Source: Dimorphilus gyrociliatus
Taxonomy: Eukaryota; Animalia; Annelida
DNA length: 64,000 nucleotides
Reading direction: 5' to 3'
Assembly (NCBI GenBank): GCA_904063045.1
Contig: CAJFCJ010000010.1
Coordinates: 124,001-188,000, forward strand
Position 1 is the first letter of the stretch, and each line of letters begins with the position of its first letter. Both the position numbers and the translations under genes were made by a program. The notes below the pieces were generated by a model. It made no database searches, was not told where the DNA came from, and was given only the letters and a program-made list of their open reading frames with translations. Below, one piece after another: positions 59,776 through 64,000 of this stretch.

Positions 59776-60918
59776 GAATTTCAAGACGCAGTGGCGATTC
59801 TTTGTTTTTTTGAGTTTTTATGTTTAAGGTAATTTAAAAAGTCTAAAAAAAGAGCAAAATTTCAGTAAAAAAATCGAATTTCGTTTTGAATACATATAAG
59901 GAATAAATGTTATCGGAGTCTTTTGTACGCTTCGCTTGTGTACTGGTGTGGTGTTCGTTATGGGTGTGGGTGAGAGTTGTGTTTTGTCGTCTAGAGGCGA
60001 TAAATACAAATTTCTAGATTTCCTTTAAATGTGTTGTTTCTTTTTTAATATTATATTTTTGCATGCACAAATCAGGTATTTAACTTGAAACAAGTTAAGA
60101 ATTTTTTAGGCAGAATAAACCAAGTTCTGAGAATATATTGGCAGTTATTCTTCGGCTAACCAGAAACGATTCGAAAAAAAAAGTTAACCAACCCGCCACT
60201 AGATGTCTGACATTCTCTAATGAATAAGTCAATGACAATTCACGACATGACCTTGTCTTTATATTTAGATTATCTTGTGGGATTCAGCAAGTATTAACTG
60301 TCAAATTTAGCCTTTAATTAATTTTGTAATAGATTGGGCACATTTGATGAGGCAAATAGCCTGTTTCAGGGGTCCTAATTGTTTCTTTAGGGACATAATA
60401 TGGGTTTATGAATATTTATAAGGTTACTTGAATTAAAAAAGGCCAATTTGACGAGAAAACAATTGAAAATATGATACTTAATCCAAAAGCAGTTAATATT
60501 TGGCCACTCCTACTATTAGACAAGACAGAAATCAAATTGCAACCGTTGCCACGATAAATGTTATAAGCCTACAAAGCGTTATAAGTAACTAATAAGTAGG
60601 CCTTTAAAGCGTAGAAATTTTTACGCTTGTATCTAAAGTTATTAAAATAGTATTTTAATTGAAGAAGAACGAAGATGAGGCAGACGTCTTTAACTCTTTC
60701 GAACAACGTAATTTATTAATTAATGTAATTAAAAAAGTTTCTTTTATTAGACTTTCATAAGCAGAGTGTAAATCGATTAGGCCGTTGTCAGGATAAATCG
60801 ACACAGTGTCTGTTTACCTCGTTGTTCAGATCAAATCAGGGCAAGATACGACAGGGTAGAACTAGCTACTTCACCCTACAAGCTTTATCTCTTATTTTAA
60901 AAAAGTTTAAAATTCAAA

Positions 60919-61941
60919 ATGAATTGGTGTACTTTTCTAATAGGAATACTAACGCTGAACAGAGGTAAGATTTATCAATGCTTAATGATTTTAAATAAAA
61001 ATGAGGGAAAAAATTGCATTTAATTTAATTAAACCGTCTAATTATTCAATCTTTTCTCTTTTACAGTTTCTACTCAATTCATTCTCAATTTAAGAGTGGG
61101 AATAGTGGTGTTGGAAAATGATGCCGATTTCGAATGTGATTATTCAAACTTAGCAATCCACGGAGTTTCTAATATAAAAACTATTGAATTTTTAAAAAAA
61201 AACACTTCAATTCACATAAAAAATGCTACTGGTGATTATAGTTTTGGAGATTATGTTGGAAGGATAAAACCTGTAATTATTAAAAGTGATATTTCAACGA
61301 TAACTATGGAAAAGGCAACTTTCAGCGATAATGATTTATATAGCTGTCGAGTTGAAACTGTATTAAATGGAACTGAAACTACAGATGCAAATATGGATGT
61401 TAAATGTAAGATAAATTTTTATAGACTTTTTTCCGAAACTTTCGCTAAACAAATGGTAGCGTTAGTTTCTGCTTTCCCGCTCTCAACGCCGCTTTTATTT
61501 ATGCTTACTTAATCGAAAAATTTGCGTACCTTGTATTTTTTTTACTTATATCTATAGTCATAACAAAATGAATCAATAGATAGAAGCGTAATGAGAAAAA
61601 TTATATCGATATCCTTCGTAATATTGGTAGACATACAATATTCGTAAAGTTAATTTTTTTAACTTTTTCAAGTAGCTTATGTAGAATTTATGAGTTTTTG
61701 TTAATGCTCTATTTTCCGACTATACAGTTATAGATTATATTAGGATATTTTTAATTGTCACAAGTAACATGAAAATAAGACAGCTTTTCAATTATTGAAA
61801 AGAGGAAATCTCTTCTCTCTCTTTCGAAACAATGTTCTTTATGAAATACTAAAGATATAATAATAAAAATGTTCGATTATGGTTAATGAAACATACTATA
61901 TTAAATTGTTAATAAATGTATACAGTAGGCGATAATTACAT

Positions 61942-61989
<48 letters not shown>

Positions 61990-64000
61990 CATATAGGACA
62001 AGTATAAACAATTACATAGGCATGAAGCTCTCTGTTGTCCTTAACAAATTAAGATTGTCTCTTATTGAGTAAGAAATAAATAATCCACTTTTCAATCAAT
62101 TTCAAATTCAATATTAAAATATAACTGTGTCCTATAGGATAATAGTAGTAAAAACACTAATATGAGTAATATTAATTGAACTCAGTATCGTCAGAAGAGA
62201 ATGAAGGTTTGCAGGATTGGACAAGGGAGGGGAATTCCAAAAAAATACGATATTGACATTATCTATATGACTAATTATTAATTGATTTATATAATTCTGA
62301 ATTGGTTATTTTTTTTCTTTTCATAAAAAAAGATGTTGGAAAAGGCGGAAATACAATAAGCTTCTTGGATGAAATAGTAACGTCATCGTCCTGTTCTACA
62401 ATCGATGTTGAACTATCCAAAGTAATTACTGTTAGTTGTAAATCTCCTCAAACTATTGGTGAAACTTCAATAACTTGGACTAGTAATAAGACAGAACAAA
62501 CTTTTTCAAAGACAACCGATTCTCAACCTCTAGAAATTGATAAGTATAACGCAACGAATGGTATTGTAACAACAGCCCAAAAGAATGTGATAGTTACAAA
62601 AAGGAACGAAATTATCGAAGTTACTTGTGAGTTTCATTTACCGGATAATACAACTAAAATTACATGCGCTAAATTAAGGGGAGATCGTAAGTATAGGCTA
62701 CTTATAATTAAGGAGTAGAATCAAAGTTATTATTTTCCCTCTGTTTTCAGCTTTGAACGAATGTTCAACAAGTCCTTGCAAGAATGGCGCCACTTGCGTC
62801 GATCAGTTTAAGAATTTTACGTGTCAATGCCCTTCTTGCTATGGAGGGAATACTTGCGAGATTGGTAAAAAATTAATCATTATATTTAATTGATTTTTCT
62901 TAAACATATAAATTTATTCTCTCTAAATTGGAAAATTCTCTACTATTCTTCGCTATTTAGATAAAATTGATGAATGCGCAAGTAATCCTTGTCCGTCCAA
63001 ATCAACTTGCGAAAATTTATGCGATGCCTATAAATGCACCTGTAATGTTAACTACAAAGGACCACTCTGCGACAAACGTAAGTAAATACTTCGTTAAATT
63101 TTAATTGATTATCTATTAAAACTGTTATCCTTTTACAAAAGCGTGTGGAAATATTAAATCTATTGACTCTGATACTCGAGTTCTTTATGGAACAAAACTC
63201 AATTTAACATGCGTAAAGAATTCTACTGATGGAAAATGTAACTAAAAATAGAATTTCTCATCCCTGCATTACAATGCAATTATTTAAATGATTTTCTTTT
63301 TGTTCTATCACTTTTAGATTCGTGGAAAGATGAAGCTGACAAGGAATTAAGTACTGATTCAGTTTTTGCGATTCAAGCTAATTTCTTGACTGCAAAACAT
63401 TACTATTGTAATGTTAAAACTGATGAATGTATATCAAAGTCACACATTAGAGTTTCCACCTACTATACCATTCATCCAAACACTACGGAAAAGAAAAATA
63501 TAGAGAAAAAAATAGGTGATAAAGTTGAATTAAAATGTACTGGTGAGGGCAGTCCAACTCCTCTTCTCTTTTGGAGATTTTCTGCTGAAGCTCAAGATGC
63601 TGGTGGAAATGTCACTACTCCTGAACCAACTAAAGCGTCGATTGTTACAAATAAGACAATCAACTCAACGACCTACGTTATTGACAAACTTTCTAAGGCA
63701 GACTTTGGAAAATATGAGTGTGTTGCTGAGATTGGACAGACTATTAAAAAGGTTATTCAGATTCTCAATCTAAAGGAAGCACCTTCGGAGGATGACAGTG
63801 GTCTTAAATGGTGGATTATCCTTCTTATAGTTCTTGGGAGCGTTTTGTTAGTGGCAGGAATAGTTATTTTGATTGTGGTATTGTGCATTAAGGGTGAATG
63901 CCCCGAATGTTGTACTTGTTGTAAATTACCTGCAATATGTCCTGCTGAGAAGTCGGTTGAAATCTCGAAAAGAGATCCTGCAAATGAACCAATGAAAAAT
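60919..64000 (+). CDS. Type I membrane protein: signal peptide, Ig-like x2, Ca-binding EGF x2, Ig-like x2, TM, Cys-rich tail (3' end truncated)
   Basis: Signal-like MNWCTFLIGILTL, Ig motifs (DNDLYSCRV; KVELKC...W...DFGKYECVA), EGF repeats LNECSTSPCKNGATC and IDECASNPC, and TM WWIILLIVLGSVLLVAGIVILIVVLCI. The frame is still open at 64000. Confidence 0.85.
61945..61986. repeat. (AT)n microsatellite
   Basis: Perfect AT run. Shorter or imperfect AT runs also occur at about 3870-3930, 47590-47618 and 54160-54190. Confidence 0.95.

Overview
This is eukaryotic (animal) genomic DNA. It is AT-rich and very gene-dense, with mostly 50-70 nt GT-AG introns and sub-kb intergenic spaces, so the supplied ORF track mostly shows exon fragments. 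The compaction and gene set suggest a small-genome invertebrate, possibly a miniature annelid such as Dimorphilus (inference, not verified). I reconstructed genes by hand from splice sites: NARS2, PET100 (absent from the ORF track), an LRR protein, GPD2, a C8orf34 homolog, a small orphan gene, TRMT12/TYW2, a C9orf43-like gene, an SGLT-type SLC5A transporter, a protamine-like basic protein, a C2H2 zinc-finger protein, a KLHDC8-like kelch protein, SAFB, GFPT/GFAT, a divergent PP1, a galanin/allatostatin-A-type GPCR, TIMMDC1, PABPC1 and an Ig/EGF membrane protein truncated at the window end. I found no tRNA, rRNA, CRISPR array or recognisable transposon. The strongest signals are in hidden splicing architecture. 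(1) The SLC5A gene has two tandem paralogous exons that cannot be spliced together in frame and that differ at a sugar-pocket position. (2) GFPT appears to carry an alternative first exon lacking the catalytic Cys, three in-frame microexons in its regulatory loop, and a duplicated alternative last exon that rewrites the catalytic C-tail. Other candidates are a sperm nuclear basic protein, an intronic H/ACA snoRNA and a conserved A-rich autoregulatory element in PABPC1, and a recurring CTCF-like motif. All splicing calls are sequence-based predictions that need RNA-seq.
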